Source of the DNA: Eledone cirrhosa
Lineage: Eukaryota
Direction: 5' to 3'
Assembly (NCBI GenBank): GCA_964016885.1
Contig: OZ024743.1
Location: 68,572,001 to 68,636,000, forward strand
Length of the DNA: 64,000 bases
In this document: in pieces, positions 1 through 12,540 of the stretch
Numbering within the stretch: position 1 is the first letter of the stretch
Layout: every line of letters begins with the position of its first letter
The notes under the pieces: model-generated
The model's input: only the letters and a program-made list of their open reading frames with translations
Database searches by the model: none
Told to the model about the DNA's origin: nothing
Position numbers and translations under genes: made by a program

Positions 1-20
1 TATATATATATATATATATA

Positions 21-325
21 TTTAGTTTTGTTGGTTCACCACTGGATAGAACTGGTCATTCCGTGATGTAAAATTAGGAAAAGCACTCGACGTATGTAAC
101 TCACCCATCTCGTTTCAAGGCGGTCACCCAGGCTGGCAATTGGTGGCTCTGGCCGCCTTCATGTCTTAAACATTTCTCTACCATTATTATATTCCTTTAT
201 TAGATACATTTCGTAACACCTGACGAATTTACCGGGTCCTTGCAGAGCCCGGTCATTGAAATATGCATAGTGTTTATAATAAACTTTAAGGAATTTCACC
301 AGTCCAGCCTCCGGTCATTTTATTC

Positions 326-329
<4 letters not shown>
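21..329 (+). mobile_element. PLE pLTR-derived element (family B) between (TA)n runs
   Basis: Flanked by (TA)n; contains an HHR at 215-274; homologous to 63772-64000. Confidence 0.7.
215..274 (+). ncRNA. Type I hammerhead ribozyme, canonical core
   Basis: aacac-CTGACGA-stem II (accggg/cccggt)-GAAA-tatgca-TA-gtgtt. Stem I is aacac/gtgtt, stem III is the palindrome TATGCATA, and the cleavage triplet is AUA. Confidence 0.85.
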
Positions 330-372
<43 letters not shown>

Positions 373-479
373 TGAAGTAATTCCGTCGGAAAAGTCTAGG
401 AAAAAAGAGTGCTCTATGTAGCTAACAGAGCTTAATAGATTTTAAAATCCAAATTCAATAAACAGACCACGATTTTTTT

Positions 480-532
480 CATTCTGATGATTGAAAGCAA
501 TTTTTTGGCTTTTAAAAAACCACTGTTAAATG
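480..532 (+). ncRNA. Degenerate hammerhead motif in island 371-565
   Basis: catt-CTGATGA-ttgaaagc/gctttt-(A)AAA-ac cact gt-TA-aatg; G12 appears mutated to A. Confidence 0.45.
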
Positions 533-560
533 GAATAATTGCCTTATGGTGTTTATTACA

Positions 561-633
<73 letters not shown>

Positions 634-697
634 AAAAAAGATGAATCGTAAATGCGAGTGGAGTCTTTTTTTTTAAATATATATAATTATTTGGTTC

Positions 698-733
698 ATT
701 TACCGGTTTCGCAGTTCTTCTGCTTTTCAAAAG
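698..733 (-). ncRNA. Hammerhead, U3-A8 core variant
   Basis: Minus strand reads ctt-TTGAAAA-GCAG aagaa CTGC-GAAAC-CG-GTA-aat, with palindromic ACCGGT in stem III. Confidence 0.7.
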
Positions 734-825
734 TAGAGTTGAGATGGAGGGTCTGTGGTTTTTATCACTTATGTGAGAAAAATTACAGATATGAGAAAAA
801 CCACAGACCCTTCATCTCAACTCTA

Positions 826-861
826 CTTTTGAAAAGCAGAAGAACTATGAAACCGGTAAAG
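826..861 (+). ncRNA. Hammerhead, U3-A8 core variant (second arm)
   Basis: ctt-TTGAAAA-gcagaagaactat-GAAAC-CG-GTA-aag; stem II partly decayed. Confidence 0.65.
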
Positions 862-987
862 GAAGCAAATAAATATATATATTTAAAAAAAAAAAGAGTC
901 AACTTGCATTTTCGATTTCATCTTTTTTCCTTATACTTTCACTCGTGTAGGGCACCTCGGTTATTTTTCATTTTGTAAAACAAACAT

Positions 988-1022
<35 letters not shown>

Positions 1023-1067
1023 GATAAAGAACACAAGAGCGTCTACAACATCAAACAATTTTTATTG

Positions 1068-1112
1068 GCTTACAATATTTCTTCCTTACGTAACAGTAGG
1101 ATTCGTCAGAGC
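1068..1112 (-). ncRNA. Hammerhead in TA-flanked island 1023-1140
   Basis: Minus strand reads gct-CTGACGA-atcctac tgttac gtaaggaa-GAAA-tattg-TA-agc. Confidence 0.7.
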
Positions 1113-1207
1113 TATAAAAGGGGTTTGATTTAACCTAAGTATATATATATATATATGTATCACAGAAAAAAATAGATTCAGTGTTGCGACGAATGGAATT
1201 TATTGGG

Positions 1208-1299
1208 CATATTACAATAGTTTCTCTGGCGACCAGCTCGAGGCACGATTGATGTGATGATCGAACCTGACTCTGAAAATTGCAAGGTCCTCAGATACG
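1208..1299 (-). ncRNA. Hammerhead with long stem II in island 1159-1381
   Basis: Minus strand reads cgtat-CTGAGGA-(~63 nt)-GAAAC-tatt-GTA-atatg; related copy at 54503-54590. Confidence 0.7.
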
Positions 1300-1377
1300 T
1301 CTTGATTCTACGAACAAATTTTACTATATCGCTTGCTCAAACGGCCAACCGCATACGGACGCTTTAAGCATCCAACA

Positions 1378-1440
<63 letters not shown>

Positions 1441-1625
1441 GTGTGTGTGTGTTTGTGTGCGTGTGTATATATATGTATGTGTGCGTGTATTTATATATAT
1501 ACATTTGTGAAGGAACAGGGGCTGTGTTGATGCTGGATAATGTGTATTTACAAATAAGAGGAAAGCACAAAGGAGGGGGTGTTCCCTTCATCAGTTGTCC
1601 TCTGGAGATCATAGATATTTGTATA

Positions 1626-1671
<46 letters not shown>

Positions 1672-1871
1672 GAGGGGGGGGGGGGGTGCGTCTTTAGTGG
1701 GTGGAACCGAGATGCCAGTATTTACAAAGATCATGTGCCACCTTTCCGTGAAACGGTTTTAAGTGTGTATAATCAATACAGGCCTTAATTTAACATCTCA
1801 CGTTGTTTTTAATATATGCATAGACACACACAAACACACACACACACGCCCGCACATACATATAATATATA

Positions 1872-2050
1872 TAATTGTTTCTACTTTAGGCACAAGGCCA
1901 GTGCATTACTGGTACTTTTATTTTATCGACCCCGTAAGGATGAAAGGCAAAGTCAACCTCGGCGAGATTTGAACTCAGATCGTAAAGGGACGTAACTATG
2001 CTGGAAAGCATGGCGTCCGACCCTCTACCGATACTGCCAATCCACTGCCC
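1872..2050 (-). mobile_element. tRNA-derived SINE (main family in window)
   Basis: Reverse complement of 31368-31558: head with GAGTTCAAATC B-box-like motif and GCCTTTCATCC..GGGGTCGATAAAATAAAGTACCAG body. Confidence 0.9.
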
Positions 2051-2060
2051 TATAATATAT

Positions 2061-2292
<232 letters not shown>

Positions 2293-2394
2293 ATATATAT
2301 ATGTATACAGAGAGGGAGAGAGAGAGAGAGAAAGAGACACACAAACACAAGAGGAAACCGCTTGGCACCGCGGTTAGGGTTTTACATATCCCTT

Positions 2395-2454
<60 letters not shown>

Positions 2455-2571
2455 ATATATATATGTGTGTGTTTCTGTGTGTATATAAAGGGTAAACAGA
2501 AATAACAACACAATCGGTACCGCACATGGAAGGGATATATTAGGTTAACGCTTGATATAGCAGAAAGAAGA

Positions 2572-2607
2572 TCTTAATGTTTCGGACGCTATTCTTTCTT
2601 CAGAAGA
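2572..2607 (-). ncRNA. Minimal PLE hammerhead (family K), decayed
   Basis: Minus strand reads tctt-CTGAAGA-aagaatagcgtcc-GAAAC-ATT-aaga. Surrounding ~2465-2620 is homologous to 24665-24830. Confidence 0.55.
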
Positions 2608-3002
2608 AAGAATGCGAAATAAGATAGATTCGGGGGACGGGCTGTTTGGAATTGGAAAAAATGTCTTTAGATAAAAATACCTGGTCCATTCATGTTGATA
2701 TCTCTTGCAAGACGACGAAGGAAAAACTATTTTAAAGGGGAGACCTCAACAAATTATTATTTAAAAAAAATAAAAATACAAACGAAGGACACATAAATCC
2801 AGTGTCATCGAACGTCAAGGTAGACTTTGGCAGTTTCAACCACTTCCAACGGTAAGGAACATTTGCGCTGAAATTTCGTAAAATTGTTAAATTATTATCT
2901 ATGAAATTTAAGAAATCTGGGAAGGAACTCTACAGTCTGAGAAATTGGAGAACACTCTTGGACAAGAGAATGTAAAAGATGACGTTATATGTTCTACTGC
3001 TG

Positions 3003-3161
3003 GGTCGGACGCCATGCTTTCCATTAAACAATTACGCCCGTTTATGGTCAGAGTTCAAATCCCGCTGAGGTTAACTTTGCCTTTCAACCTTACGGGGTCG
3101 ATAAAATAAAATACCAGTAATACATTGTATAATTGCTGGCCTTGTGCCAATATTAGAAACA
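3003..3161 (+). mobile_element. 5'-truncated SINE with target-site duplication
   Basis: SINE body; TSD gttatat(g/c)ttctactgctg at 2984-3002 and 3162-3180. Confidence 0.9.
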
Positions 3162-3619
3162 GTTATATCTTCTACTGCTGCTATGTCGTATTTTGCCATG
3201 CCAAAAGTCTCAGCATACTGTTGGCATGGAAACTTTTCGTAATGAAGATGTTACGAATACCAACAACTGTATCTCAACAAAAGCAATAAAACAACAACAC
3301 AAAGACAAATGCCACAAATGAAAACAATAACAACATGAAAACAAACCAAGTGAAAAAGAACAACAACAACAATGAAAATAACAAAAACAATAAAAACAAC
3401 AAAAGCACATGTGATAATAAAAACCACATACATACGGAAATACATGTGCAGCACAGATGCTAAGGAGATGGAATTCATAGACATAGATATATGAATATCT
3501 ATGTATTTCCGTATGTATGTGGTTTTTATTATCACTTGTGCTGTTGTTGTTTTTATTGTTTTTGTTATAAAGCGCGGTACCTGAAGAACTCTGCGCAATA
3601 TATAACAGTGAAGGAAATG

Positions 3620-4271
3620 GATCTCGGATATACATCCCACCAGAAATTAGAGCTGCAACCCTAAAGAAAACTCATTTCTATAGAACTGTGTCTATAGAAC
3701 CGAGAAAACCTGCTTCTTTGCTTCAGAATACAGTAGAAAGTGGGTTGAGGGAGGCAATGTCAGACATTGTCTACCTTCAGAGGTCCAAACAGTATGGGGG
3801 CATCTCGGTGGACTTCAAAAGCGAGGCGCCCGCTCAAAAATATTCGGTGGCTCCGATTAAAACGAGCCAATGCATCTTTTTCCCTACATACTTGGGAAGA
3901 AGAACACACAAGATAAGGGTTTCCCAGATCCCACGGAAAACCATCACTTGGTGGATCCTGGGTGACTCTTTGGAAGAGGGTGACGACACAGTTTCTCAGT
4001 AAAGAAATCAATCAGTTATGACTTGAATGGGACCTCGGTCGAACTCCTGGTGGAAATGAAACCAGAAAGAATTTCGAACATACCCGAAAGAGCACCTGTT
4101 GATAACAGCCATGTTATCAACATCACTGTGGAGGACAGAAAACCACAGTGTTTTCGATGTGAAAAGTATATGCAAATAAAAATATTCTGCCCAATGCTAA
4201 ACACACAAAAACAGAACAAGGTGTTGCTACCAACACCCAAACCCCAACAGCAAGACCAGGAAAACAAATAG
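3620..4271 (+). pseudogene. LINE ORF1 (gag-like) remnant
   Basis: ORFs 3688-4002 and 4023-4271; degenerate CX2CX4HX4C zinc knuckle. Confidence 0.65.
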
Positions 4272-5079
4272 CACAACCCCAAAAACAACAATAACCATGA
4301 AGATCTACTCCACCATCACAAATCAAAAAAGACACCACATCAAAAATTTCCCTGAAGGACAGTATTTTACCCGTTCCCCCTCAGTCTAACACTCCCCCAA
4401 ATACACACACACAAATATTCACCACCACACATCATACCCCTCCCACATACCCCTGATGATATACCTCAGACGCGGCCACCACCTCGTCTCTGAGCGAGAA
4501 TAAAGAGGGGCGCCCAAAACAAAACAAATCAAAAAAAGAGACACTGCAAAAACACAAAAGCACCAATCATCAACTCAAACACACAGCCACCACCACAAAC
4601 GACAATCACACCAACAATACAGACACCACCATAATCAAACCCGCCTACCACCACATCAAGCACAAATGTCCACCACCTAAAGAACACTAGAGAACAAACA
4701 ACAAACATAAACATCACAGCAAAATAACAAACCAAACTACATATACATTAATACTACAAATACAGACGTAATGGAGGTCATCACTGAAGACCTCACCATT
4801 CAGACAGAAGGAAAAATCGTTACCAGCATAGACACAGGACCACACCTAAAATTGATACGTGTTCCAACACAAACTTACAGGTTTCTTAAAGAAAACTTTC
4901 CCCAAGATGTTGGACACCCGTGCCAAAATCCCCTCAACCGTGTACTCCTGAAATGTTTCCCCACCCCACCAAAAAGCTCCATCTCCAGCAACATGGAGAT
5001 CGAACAGCTCGACCTCCAGGAAACTAAAATGTTAGTGTTCCCGCCTTTTTCTCTCTCCCTAACTCTTCACCGACTTGGC

Positions 5080-7500
5080 GACTGTACAAGTTACATGTTT
5101 GAATGGGCATGGCCTGGGGATGTCTTGGAAACGGTCAACTTTTAAATTACCTCAGGTCACGCTGTGTAGATGTGATAGCCATCATCGAGTTCAGTATTCA
5201 CGACAAGCAGTAGTTGACCCTCATGTTCCATGACTTTGAGATCTACGCATCTCTCTGTCAGTCAAGAGGTTGAGTTGTCCTAGACGTGAATGGTGGTGAA
5301 GGTGAAGCTTTCAGTCTGGTGGCCGTATATCCCCTGACTAGGATATCGCGGCTGCAGTTCTTCAAGCGTCTTTACTGTTAGCGGGGACTATGTAGGAGCA
5401 TGCAATAGTAGAAGGGGTGTAACAGCCTCAGAAATCTCATCTACCAATTCCAAATGGCTCATAGATATCGACTAGGTTTTCCAAGTGCACCATTGTGAAC
5501 CTGGAGCAACCGCACTGGGTCTTCTAGATCGTATTTAGATAGATATATAATTAGACAAAACGATAGGGGAACATTAAGCTGTCTACAAATTCCCATGGTT
5601 GCCTATTCCGACCAGAAATTAGTGACCCGCATAGTCAACATTGATAGAACACAGAGAGAGAGACCTGAATACTGGAAGCTATAGATGTCGTTACTGACAC
5701 GTAAAAATTACAGTAAACGGATTACTAATTTAGTTAAACACCAGTTGACGGAGGCAATCATCAAGAACAGGTCGTGATGATCTCTCAAGGGAATAATTAG
5801 AGTAGAACCGATAGTCTCGAGCAAGAAAGTAGCTTTTGAGAAGAACTAGACAGAGAAGGAAGTGGTAGCCAAAGTAGAAGAGGCACTTAGGAGTGGCAAT
5901 GCAGCTGGTGGAGCGAGAACGGCACTAGACCAGTTCTTCAATGCGAAACACGATGTTTGTATTGTCAGAAGTAGAACACGTTCTCTGAGAAACGAAGGAG
6001 CGAAAGCTGCTAGCTGGGCCCTAAGGGCAGATGCGAAGAGTGACAACAAATCCACAATTTGGTCTTTGAAAAACACAGACGGGCGTGTGCTACTTGAATC
6101 CAGGTAGATGTGCACGGCTTTTCAGCAGCACTTTACACAACTATTCGGGCAGAGTGGTGTGTCGGACGGGGTGACGGACTTCAGTCCCTACCTCGAAGGC
6201 CTACCGCGACTCTCGGACACGGATGCAGAGAGCTGTGAAAGGCTGATCACAGCCGCTGAAATACAAGACGCTCTGGGCCACTGTGGGAAGCTTAAATCAC
6301 CTGGTCTAGATGGTCTACCCTACGAGTTTTACATAGGCATGCCAGATTTGTTCTCTAAAGTCCTCGAAGCGGCCTACAACTGGCAGCAGAACGGGAGAAT
6401 TCCTAGTTCTGTAAGCCGAGGCGTAGTAACGCTGATCAGGAATTAAGAGAACAAAGGGGACAACATAAGCAATGTGAGGCCCATAACTCTGCTCAACACA
6501 GAGCTGAAGATTTTGGCCAAGGTGTTAGCAACGAGGCTGGCGCTTGTCGTCAAGAGCCTGGCCATGTCTTGTTCCCCAGACCACCTCGCCAAAATGGAAC
6601 GTCTATTCTTAAAATTCCATTGGAAGAAACAGGCTCCATTGGTGAGGAGGTCCATCTGCTGCCAACACCCTTTCAACAGCGGGCTGTGCATGCTGTGGCT
6701 GACGATGCGCAAATACCTGTTGAGGCTACGCCATCTCTAGGTATTCCTGAAAGGTGAGCCTGTGTGGTCGTCGTTTGTGACACAAGCTTTGCTGCAACTC
6801 ATCTCGCAAACGGAGCTGCATTCTAGGGTCAAGCGAAGAACGAAAATGGGCGTCTAGCACCTTGAGTGCACTCAGGCGCTCACAGTCCCCTATCAGGCGT
6901 CAATATTCTATACAGTGGAGGATAAGTGCTACGACGTTCTCGGGGAGACTCAATGCGTTGAAGGGGACGAACAAGTCAGTTTTTTCGGGAGGACTTTCCG
7001 ACTAGGACCTATGGATAACTTCCAGAGGTATCTGGCCTAGCAGTGCGTCCTAGAAGTTCTACCAGTTCGAGACAAGCTCTACAGGTCCGGACGCCCTGAC
7101 AGGGATCCAGCCAAAAGTACCTGTTCAATATGCGAGCGGGACATTGAAACCGTTCTGCACGCAATTGTACAGTGCCCAAGGGTGGCCGACCTGTAGAACT
7201 ATGTCGAACAGCTACTCTCACGTGTGGGACAAATCCAGTTGACAGCCGAGTCCATCGTGAGGATCACGCCGCCGCCGTCATTTAAAAATGAAGGACAGGC
7301 GGTTTTCCTCTGTCTATTTTCTCTGGCGAAAGAGGAAATATGGTGGACGAGATTAAAAGGACTGAAGATAGACACATTCCTATCCGAATAACAACTTATT
7401 CCCTTCTTTAAATAGTAATTCAGAAGAAAAATGAGAGATGGGTGCTGCACCCCCGTAAATTCACTGAAAGGTGGTTGAATGTAACGAAAATGGCCCGAGT
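5080..7500 (+). pseudogene. LINE ORF2 (APE-RT-CCHC) remnant with internal deletion
   Basis: Many stops and frameshifts. The RT start joins post-RT sequence near 6560; no YADD motif seen. Confidence 0.85.
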
Positions 7501-7844
7501 GATTGGGCGTCCTCTGTTTATATACATGTAGGCTGAAGAAGGCAAAATAGAGAAGACAGGTACACTTGCAAAACATGCTCCTGGAGTTGATGTTTGTTCT
7601 ATCTACGGGGTGTAAAACAACTAAATTGTAACGTTTTCCTATTGAGGATTTCAATCGTTATTTATTATTTAATAAATGTTAACATTTTTCTTGACACGCT
7701 TAAATGTAAAATCCCCTCCATACTTCCTATAATGTCCCATTTCTTGTGCGCCCCTGTGGCAAATGAAGAAATATATCTGCTTAACCATCTATATGTGTTT
7801 CTGTCTATCTACCTATCTACCTATCTCCCTATATATAGAGAGAG

Positions 7845-7997
7845 TTAGTTCCACTACAAATTAGCAAATCATAAAGAAGGGCGCACGTCCTCGAGTATGG
7901 TTTGCTAATTTGTGATGGAACTAAGTCTATAACGAACTCATCCTCTGGATTGATTGCTCTACTTACTACGGATATAGCCTCCCGGCATTTTATCAAG

Positions 7998-7998
<1 letters not shown>
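7845..7998. mobile_element. Short fold-back element
   Basis: Arms ttagttccactacaaattagcaaa / tttgctaatttgtgatggaactaa; tail resembles 28060-28105. Confidence 0.55.
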
Positions 7999-8041
<43 letters not shown>

Positions 8042-8556
8042 GTGTATGTATACATATATACGTGCATACATACATGGCTGTTTACATGCATGTATAACTA
8101 AAAGGGCCGTACAAATATGATATATTTATATATATATATATCATGTAGATGTGTGTACATTCAATAATGTATAGAGATATATGCACGGTTGTACGTATGT
8201 ATACATGGATAGATAGGTTGGTGAATATATGTACATCAACTAAGTGATACTATGTTTATGATTCTGTACATGAGAAGCATGTGTACTCTGCTGGTGTGTA
8301 CATAAAGATATATTAGTGGAGTGAGGTTGGAGATTGTATTGGTATTGGTTCTAAATTGGTCAGATTCATGGTTTGTCATGAAACCTCGGGGGAAATAAGA
8401 TTAAGAGGCAAGCTAAACAACATTGTATTGAGGACGTGGTTTCATACTAACGTGTTTGCCTACAATTCTTCCCAATTCCGCGCATTCTCTTTACTGATTC
8501 GATATTTTCCTCACTCTCTATATTTCTCTTACAAACACGGACATGTATATTTATAG

Positions 8557-8630
<74 letters not shown>

Positions 8631-8710
8631 CTATAAATATACATGTATATATATATATGTGCGTAAATATATAGATACACACAGACACAAATACACAGAG
8701 AAACACGCAA

Positions 8711-8750
<40 letters not shown>

Positions 8751-9080
8751 GTGTGTGTATGTTTATTTGTGTGTGTGTGTGTGTGTATGTGTGTGTGTGT
8801 GCGTGTATGTGTATGTGTATTTGTGTGTCTATGTCAGTGTGTTGTTTGCCTATCACACAAATGCTAAGAGCTGCCAGAAAACAAAAATGTTTATTTAGGT
8901 TTTCATGCTACACAAATTAAAGACCACCATATAGTCAGAAAAGAGGTGGTGTGTTAGGTTGAAATGATCTAAAACGTTTTCATTCACACCAGCAATGAGT
9001 GTTCAATGTCAACGGTGTTGTCCTTGCCTCATTTAACCCTCTTATGTGAACCTGAGGTGGTCTCTATTTCATCTCATTCT

Positions 9081-9118
9081 ATCTTTTGATGAAGCACTAA
9101 TGGCCGAAACCTAAAGAT
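9081..9118 (+). ncRNA. Minimal PLE hammerhead (family K-like), decayed
   Basis: atctt-TTGATGA-agcactaatggcc-GAAAC-CTA-aagat. Confidence 0.5.
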
Positions 9119-9289
9119 GGTTTTCTTACTTTCTCAGAGCTAAACAGTTATATATGTTTTTCCTTGAATTGTGTTGTTCGCTTTATTGTGTCCATTTACG
9201 TTTTGTGTATATACATATAAATACACACGCACACGCACACACACACACATACACATATATATATATTTATATATATATATATATAACAT

Positions 9290-9481
9290 AACAACGGAAT
9301 TGTGGTAAGGAACCAGATGAACCTTAACGCACCAGAGTACTCAATACTTAGGGTACTAGAGTGGGAACTATTAAAATTATGACCCCGACGGCAGAGCTCA
9401 AGCCGTTTCGACGGCTATTTCAGTCCAGAAATAGCCGTCGAAACGGCTTGAGCTCTGCCGTCGGGGTCATACTTTTTCCTA
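9290..9481. mobile_element. Fold-back element family C (3' half of a hammerhead)
   Basis: Perfect 42-bp arms 9379-9420 / 9429-9470 containing GAAAC-GGC..GCC-GTC; ~85-nt tail on the left. Confidence 0.8.
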
Positions 9482-9689
9482 TATATAATATATATATTTA
9501 TATAAATATTGTTTTACTTTGGGGTGGTCATGCTCCCAATAAAAACACATGCACATATTGGATTTCACATCAATGTATTATAAATTTCAAGAATTTGTCA
9601 TAAGTATAACAATATATGTTTAAACACACGTTTTCAAATAAGAATTCTTGCAAAACAAATTAAGAAACGAAGTATATATACATATACTG

Positions 9690-9862
9690 GGTGCTTTTTG
9701 TCGTGGCGCCTACACGACCTCTTTATATTGGGGAGTGGGTATTTTTTTTGTCGTGATGCCTACACCACTAATTTACAGTGTGAATTAGGTGCTTTTTGTC
9801 CTGACACCTACACAACCACTTTACAGTGTGGGCTATGTCATTTTTATCGTAACACTAGCACG
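9690..9862 (+). repeat. Diverged ~48-bp tandem repeat, ~4 units
   Basis: Recurring ggtgctttttgtc..cctacac..tttacagtgtg. Confidence 0.7.
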
Positions 9863-10085
9863 GAGTTCGGGCATATTGTATATATGCTGTAGCTTCGGCC
9901 TGTGCCCATGGGAAGTTGGGTCCTATGTATTACTGCGTAACGCCAAAGATCTCGTTCCCGTCTCATCGTGTTCGCAATTGGGCAAGGTCAGCTTTTATCA
10001 CCACATTCCTGGTCATCCTGTGTCTCTCCACTGCAAGTCTTCCATCGACTTTGAGCGCTCTACACCTTTTTATGCAGCTGTCATC

Positions 10086-10136
<51 letters not shown>

Positions 10137-10246
10137 TAAACGGAATAGAAAATGGTGACAAATTGTTCACAGTTGAAAAATGGTTTAATTAGGAATAAAA
10201 GAGTATTAGTGATTGTATGGGTTAGTATTCAGTTGTGGTTTTAAGT

Positions 10247-10283
10247 TTTTACCGGTTGCGCATTTCTACATGCTTTTCAAAAA
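10247..10283 (-). ncRNA. Hammerhead-like motif, U3-A8 and A13C
   Basis: Minus strand reads ttt-TTGAAAA-gcat gtagaa atgc-GCAAC-CG-GTA-aaa. Confidence 0.6.
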
Positions 10284-10323
10284 TAATTTTGAGATAGAGT
10301 ACGGACACTCTATCTCAAAATTA

Positions 10324-10361
10324 TTTTTGAAAAGCATTTAGAAATGCGCAACCGGTATAAA
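10324..10361 (+). ncRNA. Hammerhead-like motif, U3-A8 and A13C (second arm)
   Basis: ttt-TTGAAAA-GCATT taga AATGC-GCAAC-CG-GTA-taaa. Confidence 0.6.
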
Positions 10362-10509
10362 CTTAAAACCACAACTGAATACTAACCAATACAATCACTA
10401 ATACTCTTTTATTCCTAATTAAACCATTTTTCAACTGTGAACAATTTGTCAGTATTTTCTATTCCGTTTACCAATATATAATAACTTGTGTGTTACACCT
10501 CTATTCTTT

Positions 10510-10541
<32 letters not shown>

Positions 10542-11199
10542 GATATATACAGTTTATGCGAGTCACCGAAATTATTTCAGTGACCTCTGGCCATGACCCA
10601 CACTCTCAATGAGATAATAAGCTTGCGGTTGTGAAACTGCTTCCGGATGTTCAGTGTGAACACATTATAGTTATCCAGTGATTACAGTTGCAGTGTTGCT
10701 CTCAAATAATTAATTAATTAATTAATTGTTTTAAAAAGAAATTTTATTGGGTGGCTTTTGACTCTCCTGAGTTCCTCCGCCCTTTGAAGGGGTTGTTTTT
10801 TTAATACCGCAGAGTCTCCAAAGTCACCATCCTCACGAAGCAAGCTTGTTGGGGTTGCTGGTTTAGGCGCCGATGACCCAACCTTGCAGAGATTGTACTG
10901 GATTACATGTTACTGGTAGGGCTAAAGAGCGACCTGACTTACACATATATATAGAGATACATACAAATTTACATGCACACTCACATATACACATACATAC
11001 ATACACATATACATACATAAAAAAATGGACCAATGTACAGGTAGCTGCCACTTTCTAAGTTTGCAAAACATGCTTTCGATTCAAGGGATGACCATTTCTT
11101 TTCTTTTACAACCTTGCCACCAGGAAGATGGCTGGTCAAAAATTTACTCAAAATTAATAGAAAGGGAAACATACATACACACACACACATACATACGCA

Positions 11200-11790
11200 C
11201 ACACATATATACATACATACATGCATACATACATACATACATACATACATACATACATACATACATACATACATACATACATACATACATACATGATGAT
11301 GGCTGCCCCCTCGTTATCGAGTATGGCCATTGCACGTGGAGAAAGAAAAAAAAAAAAAAATAAAAAAAAAATAAAAAAAATATATATATAAATATATATA
11401 TATATGTATATATATATATACAGATACATACATATATACACACACACAAACACACACATACTCACACACATATACACACACACATACATTAACAACAATA
11501 ACAACAACAATAATAATATACATATACAGACATACATACACACACACGCACACACATAAGCATATCTACACACACACACACACACACACGATAGCAACTA
11601 ACAGCGCTGCGATCGAATGTGGCTTTTTAGCCCAGCCAATGATCTAAAATGTCTTGCACAGAGTCGGCAACCAAAACATTTACTGGGAATAGTCGGCTGT
11701 GGTTGGAGATCGTGTAGTTTTGCATGTCGCTTGAGCCCTCCTGCTGATTTACATTTACATACATACATACTTACATACATACATACATAC
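11200..11790 (-). mobile_element. LINE 3' end (RTE-like) with C2H2 motifs and (TGTA)n tail, interrupted by simple repeats
   Basis: 11598-11750 encodes KSAGGLKRHAKLH and CRLCARHFRSLAGLKSHIRS. The 3' terminus ggccatactcgataacgag (11295-11340) runs into (TGTA)n. Confidence 0.6.
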
Positions 11791-12082
11791 ATTAATGGAA
11801 CAGTAAAATTATGTAAAACATTCCAAAAGTTTTACATCTAATAACAGCATATACACATGTACAGATGCAAAGCATATACACATGCACACATACAACTCAA
11901 AACATCCACATCCACACATACAATAACATCCATATCTATACATGCATGCAAACATACATAACTACCTAGTTGATATTGTGTAAATTCCAAAGAGAGAGTC
12001 TTGTGTCTATGTTAGAAACCGACTCTCTCTCTATTGGTAAAACTTTGTGAAATTAAAAAACCAGAAGAACATACATGCATAC

Positions 12083-12540
12083 ATACACACATACATACAT
12101 ACATACATACATACATACATACATACATACATACATACATACATACATACATGGTGGCAGCCAACTCGTTTTCGAGTATGGCCACTACTTTATATCCATG
12201 TAGGAGAACTCCTACCGATGCGCTGAACGAGTGTGACTTTTTAGTCCAGCCAGCGACTTGAAAACTCTGGTACAAAGACTACACTTGTGACCATTATTGA
12301 CACATAGTGCTGGGCTCATTTTACCATGTGACGACAAGTGCAGAGAGATCTCCAGATATAAAGCAATGCCTGTGCCGTTAAGCTTTTATAGTGAGCAAAG
12401 GCACTGCAACAAAGCCAGTCCCACTCTCTTAACCAATATGATATTTACCAATAAGAAGAACAAGTCAACATCATTGGATACCATCAGGGCTGCAGGTGTT
12501 ATATCAGAGTTTTCCTTCTCCTAGAATTCTGCCTTGACAA
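12083..12540 (-). mobile_element. Related LINE 3' end with C2H2 motif and (TGTA)n tail
   Basis: Minus strand encodes CSLCTRVFKSLAGLKSHTRSAH, then ggccatactcgaaaacgag and (TGTA)n; (CATA)n on both sides. Confidence 0.65.

Larger units (their letters stand above)
631..997. mobile_element. Fold-back PLE pLTR element (family D)
   Basis: Inverted arms ~631-767 and ~792-931, an unpaired tail to ~997, and (TA)n on both sides. Confidence 0.75.
3190..7772 (+). mobile_element. Decayed L1/Tx1-clade LINE
   Basis: ORF1 remnant with knuckle CFRCEKYMQIKIFC. ORF2 remnants: APE start (TCLNGHGL, DVIAIIE, YSDQ), YWKL, RT start KSPGLDGLPYEFY and RPITLLNTELKILAKVLATRL, C-terminal CSICERDIETVLHAIVQC. 5' boundary approximate. 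Confidence 0.85.
10133..10513. mobile_element. Fold-back PLE pLTR element (family E)
   Basis: Arms ~10133-10300 / 10307-10474, short tail, (TA)n flanks. Confidence 0.8.

Noticed and set aside
11598-11792. Host C2H2 zinc-finger gene
   Set aside because: A related copy lies at 12200-12290, and both are followed by a shared terminus and (TGTA)n tail, typical of a LINE 3' end.
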